A stretch of 64,000 nucleotides of DNA from Longimicrobiales bacterium (GTDB taxonomy: Bacteria > Gemmatimonadota > Gemmatimonadetes > Longimicrobiales > Gaopeijiaceae), in NCBI GenBank assembly GCA_965116905.1, contig OZ220732.1, positions 3,584,001 to 3,648,000 of the forward strand, written 5' to 3'. Below the pieces are notes generated by a model. That model worked only from the letters and a program-made list of their open reading frames with translations, had not been told where the DNA came from and did no database searches. Made by a program: the position numbers and the translations under genes. Numbering within the stretch: the first letter of the stretch is position 1; each line of letters starts with the position of its first letter. Below, in pieces: positions 17,946 to 27,725 of this stretch.

Positions 17946-19967
17946 TCAACTCGCGGCTTCCACCTCCGCCTCCACCGATTCCCACTCACGCATCAGTCGT
18001 GCGATCCGGCCGGTCAACTCGTTGCGCTCGGCCTGCAGCGTCTGGACTTCTTCGGGCGCCGATTCCTCGTAGAATGTTGGCGACGCAAAGACTGCGTCAA
18101 TTTCGGACACGCGCGCTTCGGCCGCGTCGACCTGCTCGGCGAGCTTCGCTCCGGCGGCCTCCAGCTCGCGCAGCTTGCGGTCACGGCGGGCGCGGGCGCG
18201 GCGGTTCTTTCCCCAGGTGTCCTGGCTGGTGCTGCGGGGGGAGTCGCCCTCTTCGGCTCGGGAACGACGGCTCTCGGCCCTCGTGTGCGCCAGCACGGCT
18301 TCGGTGTCCAGGTGGTCGTCGCCGCAGTGGTGCACGTATTCCTCGTAGGTGCCGCGGTAGTCGCGCATGCCGTCTTCGGTGATCTCCACGATCCGGTTGG
18401 CCAGCCGCCCGACGAACCAGCGGTCGTGCGAGACGAACACCAGCGTCCCCGCGAAGTGCTTCAGGCCTTGGACCAGCGCCTCGATCGACTCCAGGTCCAG
18501 GTGGTTGGTCGGCTCGTCGAGGATGAGGACGTTGGGGGCGCGGATCATCAGGCTGCACAGCACCAGGCGCGCCGATTCCCCGCCGGAGAGGGCGCCGAGG
18601 CGCTTGTCCGCGTCGTCGCCGGTGAAGAGCACCATGCCCATCTTGCCGCGCGCGAAGCCCGTTCCCTTGCCCTCGCAGTAGTCGCTGATCCAGGCCTCGG
18701 CGGTCCGCCGCTCCGGCGGTCCGGCCATGGCGCCGCCCCCGGCTCCGGCCGTGCGTCCGCCCGCGGCGCCGCCCCCAGCCAGGTGGTCCTTCGGGTCCTG
18801 TGCGAAGTACCCGGGCCAGGTCTCGTATCCCCACTCGACCGATCCCTCGTCCGCCTCCAGCCGTCCCACGACGATCTTCAGCAGCGTGGACTTGCCGATG
18901 CCGTTGGGGCCGACGATCGCGAGCCGGTCGCCCCGGCCCACCCGCAGGTTGACGTCCTGAAGCACCCGGTTGTCGCCGTACGACTTGCCGACTCCCTTGA
19001 CGCGCAGGACCTCGCGGCCGCTGGGCCGCCGCTGCTCGAAGCGGAAGGTCGGGTAGCGCCTGGAGCTCTTCGGCAGCTCCACGAGCGCTTCCGTCCTCTT
19101 CTCGATCAGCCGGAGCTTGCTCTGCGCCTGGCGCGCCTTGGACGCCTTGGCGCGGAAGCGGTCGACGAACTTCCGGTGGTGCGCGATCTCGCGCTCCCGC
19201 ACGGCGATCTCCTTCTCGCGCCGGTCCCGCTCGGCCGTCTTGGCACCCACGAAGCTCGTGTAGTTGCCCGGGTACCCGATCACCGTCTCGTAGTCGATGT
19301 CGAGGATCTGGGTGGCCACGTTGTCGAGGAAGCGGTGGTCGTGGCTGATCACGACGACGGGGCCGCGGAAGCCCCGCAGGAACTTCTCCAGCCAGCGGAT
19401 CGAGACGATGTCCAGGTGGTTGGTCGGCTCGTCGAGCAGGAGCGCGTCGGGGGCGCTCGCCAGGACCTGGGCCAGCAGCACCCGCAGGCGGAAGCCGCCG
19501 GAGAGGGTGGACAGCGCGTCGTGGTGGACCTTGGCGGGGAGCCCGAGGCCCTCCAGAATCGCCGCCGCGCGCGGTTCGGCCGTATATCCGTCGTGCCGTT
19601 CGAAGACCTCCTCGACACGTGAGAAGCGTTCGGCGTCGAAGTGTTCGCCGGCGCTTGCCAGCACCTCGTCCCGCTCGGCCATTGCGTCCCACAGCTCCTC
19701 GTTGCCCATGAGGGCGACCTGGAGGATCTGCTCGTCCTCGTACAGGAAGCGGTCCTGCCGCAGCACGCCGAGACGGATCCGCCGGGGCATGTCGACCGAC
19801 CCCTCGCTCGCCTCCATGTCCCCGGCCAGGATGTTCAGCAGCGTCGTCTTCCCCGATCCGTTGGCGCCGACCAGTCCGTAGCGCTCGCCGGGATTGAGGC
19901 GGAACGACGCGCCCTCGAAGAGGACCCGTTCGCCGAAAGACCTGGAGAGGTGGGTGGCGGAGATCAT
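17946..19967 (-). CDS. ABC-F family ATPase
   Basis: Two NBDs (GANGSGKT and GPNGIGKS, LDEPTNHLD x2), PtIM linker RFRAKASKARQAQS, C-terminal coiled coil, no TM segments. Confidence 0.92.
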   Translation of the reverse strand: MISATHLSRSFGERVLFEGASFRLNPGERYGLVGANGSGKTTLLNILAGDMEASEGSVDMPRRIRLGVLRQDRFLYEDEQILQVALMGNEELWDAMAERDEVLASAGEHFDAERFSRVEEVFERHDGYTAEPRAAAILEGLGLPAKVHHDALSTLSGGFRLRVLLAQVLASAPDALLLDEPTNHLDIVSIRWLEKFLRGFRGPVVVISHDHRFLDNVATQILDIDYETVIGYPGNYTSFVGAKTAERDRREKEIAVREREIAHHRKFVDRFRAKASKARQAQSKLRLIEKRTEALVELPKSSRRYPTFRFEQRRPSGREVLRVKGVGKSYGDNRVLQDVNLRVGRGDRLAIVGPNGIGKSTLLKIVVGRLEADEGSVEWGYETWPGYFAQDPKDHLAGGGAAGGRTAGAGGGAMAGPPERRTAEAWISDYCEGKGTGFARGKMGMVLFTGDDADKRLGALSGGESARLVLCSLMIRAPNVLILDEPTNHLDLESIEALVQGLKHFAGTLVFVSHDRWFVGRLANRIVEITEDGMRDYRGTYEEYVHHCGDDHLDTEAVLAHTRAESRRSRAEEGDSPRSTSQDTWGKNRRARARRDRKLRELEAAGAKLAEQVDAAEARVSEIDAVFASPTFYEESAPEEVQTLQAERNELTGRIARLMREWESVEAEVEAAS

Positions 19968-19991
19968 TCGGTTAAGCCGGACCCCGATGGA

Positions 19992-20093
19992 TCAGCCGTC
20001 GCCGCCGAGTCGCCTGGCCGATTCAGCGTCGGAGCGGATCGCCGAACGGTCGTAGAGGGCCTCTCGCGGAACGTTGTCGGTGGTGTTTTCCAT
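19992..20093 (-). CDS. Possible 33-aa small ORF/leader upstream of ABC-F
   Basis: MENTTDNVPREALYDRSAIRSDAESARRLGGDG; GAGG/AGGAGG upstream and TATACT just beyond. Confidence 0.3.
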   Translation of the reverse strand: MENTTDNVPREALYDRSAIRSDAESARRLGGDG

Positions 20094-20140
20094 GGATACA
20101 GCCTCGCAGCCTCCTGGTCATACAGTATAGTCACCCCGGG

Positions 20141-21115
20141 CTACCCGAAGTCCTCGTAGAACCTCGCCACGGCCCCGCGGCCAGCCGACTCCCCGCGGCT
20201 GTAGTACGCGGGCATCCTCTCCGACTTCCAGCGCCCGGCAACCATGATCGCGGTCAGGCCCATCCCCTTTGCGGTGAGGTCCTGCGCCATCCCCACGCGC
20301 GGCGAATGGCCGGTGAAGCCCTCGCCGAGGCCCGCCGCGCGCGCCATCGCGGCGATTCGGTTGGAGATCGTGCGACCCGTGGCGATGCCGAAGACCCGTG
20401 CATCCGGATCGGGGTTGGGCGGCCGGATGTAGCGGAGCGCGATGGCGGCCTTCAGCCCGACGAACTGTACCGCCGAGGTCGCAGAGGTCTTGGAACGCCG
20501 GATCGTGAGGCGTGCGCTTCCATCGTGGACGAACGCGATGTCCCGCCAGCGAAGCTCGGCGGCTTCTCCCCTGCGCAACAACGCGTCGCGCATCACCGAC
20601 ACCATGGCGATGTCGACGAGGCCCCTGCGGTGGGCGAAGCCGGCCGACTCGGTGCGGCCCGACGGTCCGGTGCGCGGCAGACACGCGGTCTCCTCGATCC
20701 GCTTGAGCAACTGCGCCGTCAGGCCCCGCGCCTGGCGCGGATTGTTGCGGCCCTTGTCCGTCGCCTGGTTCCGCAGTCCGGCCAGCGTGTTGCGCACCCC
20801 CTCCGACGACGCCGGATTCGGTTGGCCCGCGGTCCGGTGATAGTAGCCGATCGCCTTGCGGTCCATCTCCAGTGACGACATCGAGAGGCCCTGATCGGTC
20901 CGATAGACCAGATAGGCCGCCACCGTCATCGGGTCGGCCGGCAGCGACTGGAGTCCTTCGCCCTCCGCCCACTCCCGGAACTTCCTCCAGGCCCCGGCGT
21001 AGGCCCGGCGCGTGGCCGGGCGCCGACTTCCCTCGACTGCCGCGAGAATCGCCTCGACGTAGTGGTCGGCCACCTTCGCCGCCTCGACCGGCAGGTCACG
21101 ATCGCGCTGCTTCAT
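20141..21115 (-). CDS. Cre-like tyrosine recombinase/integrase
   Basis: SAM-like N domain (TRRAY...W..F..W), DALLRRGE (R), RSKT (K), GHSPR (HxxR), GRW (W), MPAYY (Y); GGAGG RBS. Confidence 0.9.
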   Translation of the reverse strand: MKQRDRDLPVEAAKVADHYVEAILAAVEGSRRPATRRAYAGAWRKFREWAEGEGLQSLPADPMTVAAYLVYRTDQGLSMSSLEMDRKAIGYYHRTAGQPNPASSEGVRNTLAGLRNQATDKGRNNPRQARGLTAQLLKRIEETACLPRTGPSGRTESAGFAHRRGLVDIAMVSVMRDALLRRGEAAELRWRDIAFVHDGSARLTIRRSKTSATSAVQFVGLKAAIALRYIRPPNPDPDARVFGIATGRTISNRIAAMARAAGLGEGFTGHSPRVGMAQDLTAKGMGLTAIMVAGRWKSERMPAYYSRGESAGRGAVARFYEDFG

Positions 21116-21168
21116 GCTCTTCCTCCACACCGTGAATCCATCGTCCCCAGCACACACGCGAATTATTT

Positions 21169-24100
21169 ACGGGGACGGTAACGGTAGAAGGTGCCGGTCA
21201 GCATGGGATCATCGTTCGCCTCACGGGCATGTCCGACGCCGAAACCACGACCGACGAAAGCGGCCAGTATTCCTTCACGGGACTGCGCGCCGGGACGTAC
21301 TCGGTCGAGATCTCGGGCTTCGACGCGGGCGAAATCGGCTTCTCGAGCACCTCGGGTGCGGCGACGGTCGGCGTCGGCGAATCGAAGGTCGTGAGCTTCG
21401 ACGGCACGTATCTCCGCACCGCGGGGATCCAGGGCCAGGTGAGCGTGGACGGCGAGGGCCTTCAGGGCGTGACGGTTACGCTGATGGGCCAGGGCGAGGA
21501 GACGACCGACGTGACCGACGCGGGCGGGCTCTACTCGTTCGCGAAGCTGCGTTCGGGCACCTACCAGATCGCGATCTCGGGCTACGACACCGACGACTAC
21601 GAGTTCCAGGTCACCTCGGAGACCGTGACCGTCGCGACGGGCGAGACCGCGAACGTGCCGTTCGAGGGAACGCTGCTGCGGACCGCCGGCATTGCGGGCC
21701 GGGTCAGCGTCGAGGGCATGGGTCTCGACGGCGTGACGGTCACGCTGGCGGGCGCGGCCGAGGCGACGACCGAGACGGCCAACGGCGGGCAGTACGCCTT
21801 CGCCGGTCTGGCGGCGGGCACCTACGTGCTCGGCATCGCCAACCCGGACGAGGTCGCGTACAGCTTCGCCGAAGACGAGATGCAGCAGACGGTCATGCTG
21901 GCGGACGACGAGTCGGCGATCGTGAACTTCAGCGGGACGCACACCCGGACCGCGTCGGTGACGGGCATGATGTACCTCGACGAGGCGCCGCAGGACAAGA
22001 TGTACACGGCCAACGAGCCGGCGTTCGCGCACGCGGGCATTCCGGTCGCCCTCCAGGGACCCGGGATCAACGACGTGGCCGTGGGCTTGACGATGGACGA
22101 CGGCAGCTTCGCCTTCGAGGGACTGACCGCCGGCGCCTACCGCGTGCTGGTCAACATGACCGATGAAGTGGCGGCGGCGATCGACACGGCCGGCTTCGCG
22201 TTCGCGGGCGATCTGACCGGCACGATCGTGAACGTCGAGGCGGGCGGCAACGCGCAGGTCAACTTCCCGTTCCGGATCACGATGCAGACGCTCGTGGCGG
22301 GCGCGAGTATGGGCAACGCGGATGAGGTGGGGGCGCCCGTCGCGGGCGTCGAGCTGGCCCTGTACGCCAACGCGGACATGACGGGCATGCTCGGCGAGGC
22401 CACGACGGATAGCACGGGAACGGCCACGTTCGATTTCGCCCGGGAGGACAACACCGGGCCGACCGGCAACGACAACATCGTGTTCGTGAAGGTCAACGCG
22501 ACCGGCCACGACGCGCTGATGGTGTCGGAAAACGATTTCACCGAGGTGTCGTACGCCGCGACGGAGCGGGTCTCGTCGGCTCCGGCGGCGGCCATGCTGG
22601 TCAACGTGATGGCGAACTTCCAGTACTGGGTGAAGAGCGACGCGGACGCCCGCGGCGGCGACATGGGTCTCGGCGGCTGGCACACACACGTGTACATGGG
22701 CGACCCGGAGGCCGAGGACGCCATGCCGCTCATGATGGTCGACGAGGATGGCGACACGGTCAACGCGGCCATGCCCACCGACACGGCGAAGGCCAGCAGG
22801 GGCAGGGCAGGTCTCTCCTACATGGTCGATCCCGACGACCTGCCGGCGACATTCACCGTGATGGTCGGTGAAAAGCAGGCGGGTGCGATGGGCGAGATGT
22901 TCGACCAGAGCGACGCGCTGGAGTACACTCACACCGGCCTCACGCACCCGAACATGAACACGGCCGAGATGAACGACCTCGGGCCGATCTACGTGACCTT
23001 CACCACGCAGACGCTCACCGTCGGCGTGTACCGTGAGGTCGACGACGAGCCCGGCTGGACGGACTACCGCGCCGGGGGGCCGGGTGGTGACGGCCGTCCT
23101 GACGCGGCCGTTGCAGCCGAGATGAGCGCCGAGCTCATGACCCGGGACAGCCGCGGCCGCCTGCGCCCGTACGAGTACGATCACGACGGCAAGGCGGCGA
23201 CCGACCCGATCAGCACGATGGCGATCGGCAAGACCGGCATGGCGTCGTTCCCGAACCTGCCGGCGAACGAGGAGCTGACCGTGCGGTTCCACGTCGGCAG
23301 CGACCGGATGCTCGTCGGCGAGACGGATGTCGGCGATATCGATGCGTTCGGCCAGGATCTGGACATCGGCATGTCCTACGGCTCGTTCGGCGACGAGGGC
23401 GGCGCGATGCCCGAGGTCAAGCTCTGTTCGCTGTCCACGGACAAGGACGACTGCGCGACGTTCGCATACCAGTGGGAGACCGGCTCGGTCAGCGGCAACG
23501 TCGCGGGACCGGGCGGAGCTTCGGTCAGCCTCGCCGCCGAGACCGACAACCACTCGGACGACCGGAACACCAAGACGAGCACCAAGACCGCTTCGCGCGG
23601 GGACTACAGCATCAGCGACATCCAGGACGGCGCATACACGCTGAGCACGCCGAACACAGCGGAAAACAGCTTCAGTCCCAAGGGTGGCCACGAGCTGGAG
23701 ATCTACCACGACGAGACCGAAGACGACGAAGACGAGGATACCGACTACGTCGGAACCGCGTGGTCGAGCGAGGCCGACTTCACCGCGACCAAGCTGCGGC
23801 TGTCCATCAAGGGATTCGTGGCCAACGACAACGGTGACGGGCGTGCGCGCGGCAACGAGGCGATGGCCGGCGTTACGGTAAACCTGCTGCAGGCCGCCAC
23901 GGCCAAGGACACCGCCTTCACGGAAGTGGTCGCGATGGCCGAAACGGACGCCAGCGGTCTGTACTCGTTCGACAACCTGATGGAGGGCGAAGAGTACAAG
24001 GTCGCGGTCGTCGCAACGGACGACTACGCCGGTCTGCGAAGCCTCGACGTCAGCAAGTCGGGGGTGGTCATGCCCGACGAGTACCCGGCGAAGGGAGTGA

Positions 24101-25314
24101 CGGCGGAACCGTTGATGCTGCCGAGCTGGGATCACGCGACCAACATGGCTTCGGACACGGAGGCTACCGCGAGGGCAGAACCGCCCAGCACGGTTTCGGC
24201 GACGCTCCAGAACTTCGCGCTGGTCTACAAGACCTCCAACGTGTCGGGCAACGTGAACGACGTCAGCTCGAATGGCGCCGGAATCATCGTCGAGACCGCG
24301 ATCTGCGGGACGTACACGCCGGCCCAGGATCCCGATGGCACCCCTGGCAGCGGCGATGAAATCGCGGAAGACTGTGATTGGTCCAGGGAGGACTTGTACT
24401 CCACAAGAACGGCCAAGGGCGGCGACTACGACTTCAACGGCCTGATGGAGGGCTACTACTCGGTCTGGTACACGGGCGGCGGACTGGCCGCGGCGGAGTT
24501 GGATGCCGAGGGCAAGCCCGACGACGACGCGACCGGCAACACAAGCCCTACGTCCATCATCACCTCGGTGATGGGCCGGAACCAGTACTCGACCGGCAAC
24601 GACTTCCATGTCTACAACACCCGGGCGGGCACCGACGACGAGCTGACCGAGCTGGTGGTCAAGGAATTCACGGCCGATGGCGACTCGGTGGATCTGGGGG
24701 CCGATATTTCCGGCATAACCGCTCAGAGCGTCGACGGTTCGGATGACGTCATCCTCACCACCACCGCGATCGACTTCGCGTCCGGTGGCGTGACGATACG
24801 GACCAAGGTGAGCAGGGGCGCGTCCGCCAGCGCCATGCTGACCACCGAAGTCAAGGGAAGCTCGCCGTCCAACCTGCCATACAACGAGACCGGGACGCCC
24901 ACTGCAGGAACGGACATTGAAACCGGCATCACGGTCAGGGTTACGGCGGCGAACGGCTACAACGACCACGACTACACGTTCAACGTGACCCGGACCTCGC
25001 CTGTGGGTAACGCGCCGACCAGTGTCACGGCCGATGGAACCAGCGTCACCTGGACGGTCGGCGGGTACCACGACGAGGCTGTCGACGCCGACTCTACCAC
25101 CGCGGATATCGTAGTCGACCTCGCAGAGGCACAGAGCCTCGCCGTCACGGTCGGCGGCGACGCCGTAGACTGTGAAGCGGGCACGGCTGACGCCACCATC
25201 CACACCTGCACGGTTACGACCCCGGTGGGACAGACCTCCGCCAAGGTCGAGGTGACGTCGGAGGACGGGGTTGAGGCGAGCATGCTCGTCAACTTCCGGC
25301 GTCCAAGCAGCTAG
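21169..25314 (+). CDS. Large acidic surface protein with carboxypeptidase-regulatory-like (transthyretin/Cna-B) repeats; 5'-truncated, no signal peptide (first ATG at 21229)
   Basis: Repeats of G.V.V.G.GL.GVTVTL.G....T.T...G.Y.F.GL..GTY; in-frame repeat start TGTVTVEGAGQHGIIVRLTG lies upstream of the ATG; in-frame TGA at 21133. Confidence 0.8.
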   Translation, partial: TGTVTVEGAGQHGIIVRLTGMSDAETTTDESGQYSFTGLRAGTYSVEISGFDAGEIGFSSTSGAATVGVGESKVVSFDGTYLRTAGIQGQVSVDGEGLQGVTVTLMGQGEETTDVTDAGGLYSFAKLRSGTYQIAISGYDTDDYEFQVTSETVTVATGETANVPFEGTLLRTAGIAGRVSVEGMGLDGVTVTLAGAAEATTETANGGQYAFAGLAAGTYVLGIANPDEVAYSFAEDEMQQTVMLADDESAIVNFSGTHTRTASVTGMMYLDEAPQDKMYTANEPAFAHAGIPVALQGPGINDVAVGLTMDDGSFAFEGLTAGAYRVLVNMTDEVAAAIDTAGFAFAGDLTGTIVNVEAGGNAQVNFPFRITMQTLVAGASMGNADEVGAPVAGVELALYANADMTGMLGEATTDSTGTATFDFAREDNTGPTGNDNIVFVKVNATGHDALMVSENDFTEVSYAATERVSSAPAAAMLVNVMANFQYWVKSDADARGGDMGLGGWHTHVYMGDPEAEDAMPLMMVDEDGDTVNAAMPTDTAKASRGRAGLSYMVDPDDLPATFTVMVGEKQAGAMGEMFDQSDALEYTHTGLTHPNMNTAEMNDLGPIYVTFTTQTLTVGVYREVDDEPGWTDYRAGGPGGDGRPDAAVAAEMSAELMTRDSRGRLRPYEYDHDGKAATDPISTMAIGKTGMASFPNLPANEELTVRFHVGSDRMLVGETDVGDIDAFGQDLDIGMSYGSFGDEGGAMPEVKLCSLSTDKDDCATFAYQWETGSVSGNVAGPGGASVSLAAETDNHSDDRNTKTSTKTASRGDYSISDIQDGAYTLSTPNTAENSFSPKGGHELEIYHDETEDDEDEDTDYVGTAWSSEADFTATKLRLSIKGFVANDNGDGRARGNEAMAGVTVNLLQAATAKDTAFTEVVAMAETDASGLYSFDNLMEGEEYKVAVVATDDYAGLRSLDVSKSGVVMPDEYPAKGVTAEPLMLPSWDHATNMASDTEATARAEPPSTVSATLQNFALVYKTSNVSGNVNDVSSNGAGIIVETAICGTYTPAQDPDGTPGSGDEIAEDCDWSREDLYSTRTAKGGDYDFNGLMEGYYSVWYTGGGLAAAELDAEGKPDDDATGNTSPTSIITSVMGRNQYSTGNDFHVYNTRAGTDDELTELVVKEFTADGDSVDLGADISGITAQSVDGSDDVILTTTAIDFASGGVTIRTKVSRGASASAMLTTEVKGSSPSNLPYNETGTPTAGTDIETGITVRVTAANGYNDHDYTFNVTRTSPVGNAPTSVTADGTSVTWTVGGYHDEAVDADSTTADIVVDLAEAQSLAVTVGGDAVDCEAGTADATIHTCTVTTPVGQTSAKVEVTSEDGVEASMLVNFRRPSS

Positions 25315-25330
25315 GCACACTCACCTGAGC

Positions 25331-25400
25331 CGACTCTCTCCCGAGAGTCGTGACAGCACGGGTCGCCCCCGTCCGGTCCACCGGGCGGGGGCGATTCGCT
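25331..25400 (+). terminator. Tandem hairpins after the surface-protein gene
   Basis: cgactctc-tccc-gagagtcg and tcgcccccgtccggt-cc-accgggcgggggcga followed by ttcgctt. Confidence 0.55.
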
Positions 25401-25577
25401 TGGGACAGGCAAGTCGCCCTGGAGGTGGCCGAGCGGTCCAACGCGTCCGGACGCCGGAGCGGCTGGCGGAGCGGCAACCCGTCCGCTCGCCAGGTGGCAG
25501 CCCCGGTGGCACTTTGGTGGAGTACCGCACGCGCCACCGGCGCAACCACCCACGCCATCACCAGGAAAACCCAGCCC

Positions 25578-26543
25578 ATGCGTGTCCTCGCCCCGATCAT
25601 CGCCGCCGGAACCGCCGCCGCAACCGGCATCCTGACAGCCCTCGCGCCGTTCGCGCCCACCGCCGCCGCCCAGAGCCCCGAACCGCCCCCGATTCTCAAG
25701 GTCCACAACTACCTGCCGCACATGACGCGGCCCGAAGTCGAGGACTTCCTGACCCGGAGCGACATGGTCGTCATCCCGGTGGGCGCGCTGGAACAGCACG
25801 GCACCCATCTCCCGATCGGCACCGACCACCTGAACGGCGTCGAGCGGGCAAAGCGGCTTGCGCTCCGCACGGATGTCCTGGTGGTCCCAATCCTCCTTCC
25901 GGGCCAGTCCCCGTACCACATGGGCTTTGCGGGCACGGTCACCCTGCCCTCCACGCTGGTGCAAGAGGTCTACGTGGAGTCCGTCAAGAGCCTCATCCGG
26001 CACGGCTTCAAGCGCTTCCTGATGCTGAACGCGCACGGCGGCAACCGCGCGATCACGACCTTCATCGTCGACCGGATCAACCAGGAGACCGCCGGTATCG
26101 CGGTCGACCTGGGCGCCGCGGCCGCGCCGTTCATGGACCGCGTCGCGTCCGGGCCGCCCCCGGACCGCCCGACCGTGCTCGACCGGCACGGGGGCACCGG
26201 CGAGACGTCCAATTCGCTGTACCTGATTCCCGAGTTGGTGGACCTCGACGCGGCGGTGCCGGCGCAACTCACCCTGCCGCCCCACCTGGAGGCGATGGTT
26301 CCCGACGTGCTTGCCGGGGATCCGACCGCCCTGGCGGTATTCCTGGCCGAGGGATTGAAGGATGAATCGACCGGCAAGGGGACGGCGTCCGATCAGATGA
26401 GCAGCACGGGGGTGTGGGGCGAACGCGATCCGCGCGAAGCGACGGCGGAGCGGGGCCGCCGGGTCACCCAGGCGTTCGAGGACGCTGCCGTGGCGTTTAT
26501 CGAGCGCTGGAACGAACTCCGCCCGCCCGGAACCGGCCGCTAG
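25578..26543 (+). CDS. Creatininase family amidohydrolase with signal peptide
   Basis: PVGALEQHGTHLPIGTD, LNAHGGN, HGGTGETS. Confidence 0.88.
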   Translation: MRVLAPIIAAGTAAATGILTALAPFAPTAAAQSPEPPPILKVHNYLPHMTRPEVEDFLTRSDMVVIPVGALEQHGTHLPIGTDHLNGVERAKRLALRTDVLVVPILLPGQSPYHMGFAGTVTLPSTLVQEVYVESVKSLIRHGFKRFLMLNAHGGNRAITTFIVDRINQETAGIAVDLGAAAAPFMDRVASGPPPDRPTVLDRHGGTGETSNSLYLIPELVDLDAAVPAQLTLPPHLEAMVPDVLAGDPTALAVFLAEGLKDESTGKGTASDQMSSTGVWGERDPREATAERGRRVTQAFEDAAVAFIERWNELRPPGTGR

Positions 26544-26550
26544 CGCTAGC

Positions 26551-27573
26551 TCAGCTTCCCGAGCCGTTTCTCAGGTATTCCTCCGCCAGATCGACGAGGC
26601 TGGACGACCCCAGGAACAGCGGAGTCCGGTCGTGAAGGCCTTCCGGAACGATATCGAGGATGTTTCGGCTGCCGTCCGACGCGCGTCCTCCGGCCGCCTC
26701 GCAGATCAGCGCCAGCGGGGCAGCTTCATAGAGCACCCGCAGCTTGCCGCCGGGCGACTTCGAATCCGGGGGATACATGAAGATTCCCCCCTGCAACAGC
26801 GTCCGATGGAAATCCGATACCAGCGAACCGATGTAGCGGGACTTGAACCCCCCCTGCCCTTCACCGTTGACCCCCCGGAAGTGATCGACCAGACGCTGCT
26901 GTCCACGGGACCAGCGCGCGTAGTACGCCTCGTTGACCGAATACACCTTCGCGGGCGGGTCGGGGATGCGGATGTCGCGGTGGCTCAGCAGGAACTCGCC
27001 GATCGACGGGTCGAGCGTGAATCCATGAACACCCCTCGCGGCGCCGGTCGTGTACACGAGCATCGTTGACGACCCGTAGACGACGTATCCTGCCGCCAGC
27101 TGCCGATATCCCGGCTGCAGACAATCCGCGAGGGTTCCCGCGCCGCCCTTTGGCGTCACCCTGTGATGAATCGAGAAGATCGTGCCGATCGAGACGTTCA
27201 CGTTGATGTTTGACGAACCGTCGAGCGGATCGAAGAGCAGCACGTAGTTCCCGATGTCGAACCTGTCGGGTATGGGGATGATCTCGCCGTCCTCCTCGGA
27301 GACCATGCAGCACAGGTGGCCGGCGTGGTCCATCGCCTTGACGATCACCTCCTGCGCGAACATGTCGAGCTTCTGCACGCGCTCGCCCTGCACGTTGGTC
27401 TCGCCCGTCTGACCGAGGATGTCGATCAGGCCGGCCATGTTCACTTCGCGCGAGATGATCTTGGCGGCGAGGGCGAGATCGTAAAGCAGGGCGGAAAAGC
27501 GACCCGAAGCGTCCGGATAGTTGCGCTCCTGGTCGATGATGTGGCGATCTATCGTGACGACCTTGCTTCGCAC
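26551..27573 (-). CDS. fbp: Fructose-1,6-bisphosphatase class 1
   Basis: [47 protein letters not shown] start at 27573 inferred. Confidence 0.93.
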   Translation of the reverse strand: MRSKVVTIDRHIIDQERNYPDASGRFSALLYDLALAAKIISREVNMAGLIDILGQTGETNVQGERVQKLDMFAQEVIVKAMDHAGHLCCMVSEEDGEIIPIPDRFDIGNYVLLFDPLDGSSNINVNVSIGTIFSIHHRVTPKGGAGTLADCLQPGYRQLAAGYVVYGSSTMLVYTTGAARGVHGFTLDPSIGEFLLSHRDIRIPDPPAKVYSVNEAYYARWSRGQQRLVDHFRGVNGEGQGGFKSRYIGSLVSDFHRTLLQGGIFMYPPDSKSPGGKLRVLYEAAPLALICEAAGGRASDGSRNILDIVPEGLHDRTPLFLGSSSLVDLAEEYLRNGSGS

Positions 27574-27681
27574 GGCCGATCCTGGACGGAGGTGAGGAGG
27601 TGCGGCGCTCGCCGCTTTCGGGCGGGTGTTGACGGTCGGGAAGATGGTCAAGTCGAGCGGGCGGGACAAGACACCCGACTG

Positions 27682-27725
27682 GTGCCGGACTCGTGCCGGA
27701 CTCGTGCCGGACTCGCGCCGGACTC
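27682..27725. repeat. 11-bp tandem repeat x4 at the comEC stop
   Basis: gtgccggactc x3 followed by gcgccggactc. Confidence 0.9.

Noticed and set aside
20095..20130. Proteobacterial LexA box near the recombinase 3' end
   Set aside because: CTGG-TCAT-ACAG has a 4-bp spacer rather than the required CTGT-N8-ACAG.
21163..25320. 1385-aa minus-strand ORF
   Set aside because: Antisense shadow of the surface-protein gene. The same applies to the many Arg/Pro/Gly-rich alternative-frame ORFs in the track.
25420..25500. Possible tRNA gene
   Set aside because: Only a D-arm-like stretch; no anticodon stem, TTCGA loop or acceptor pairing.
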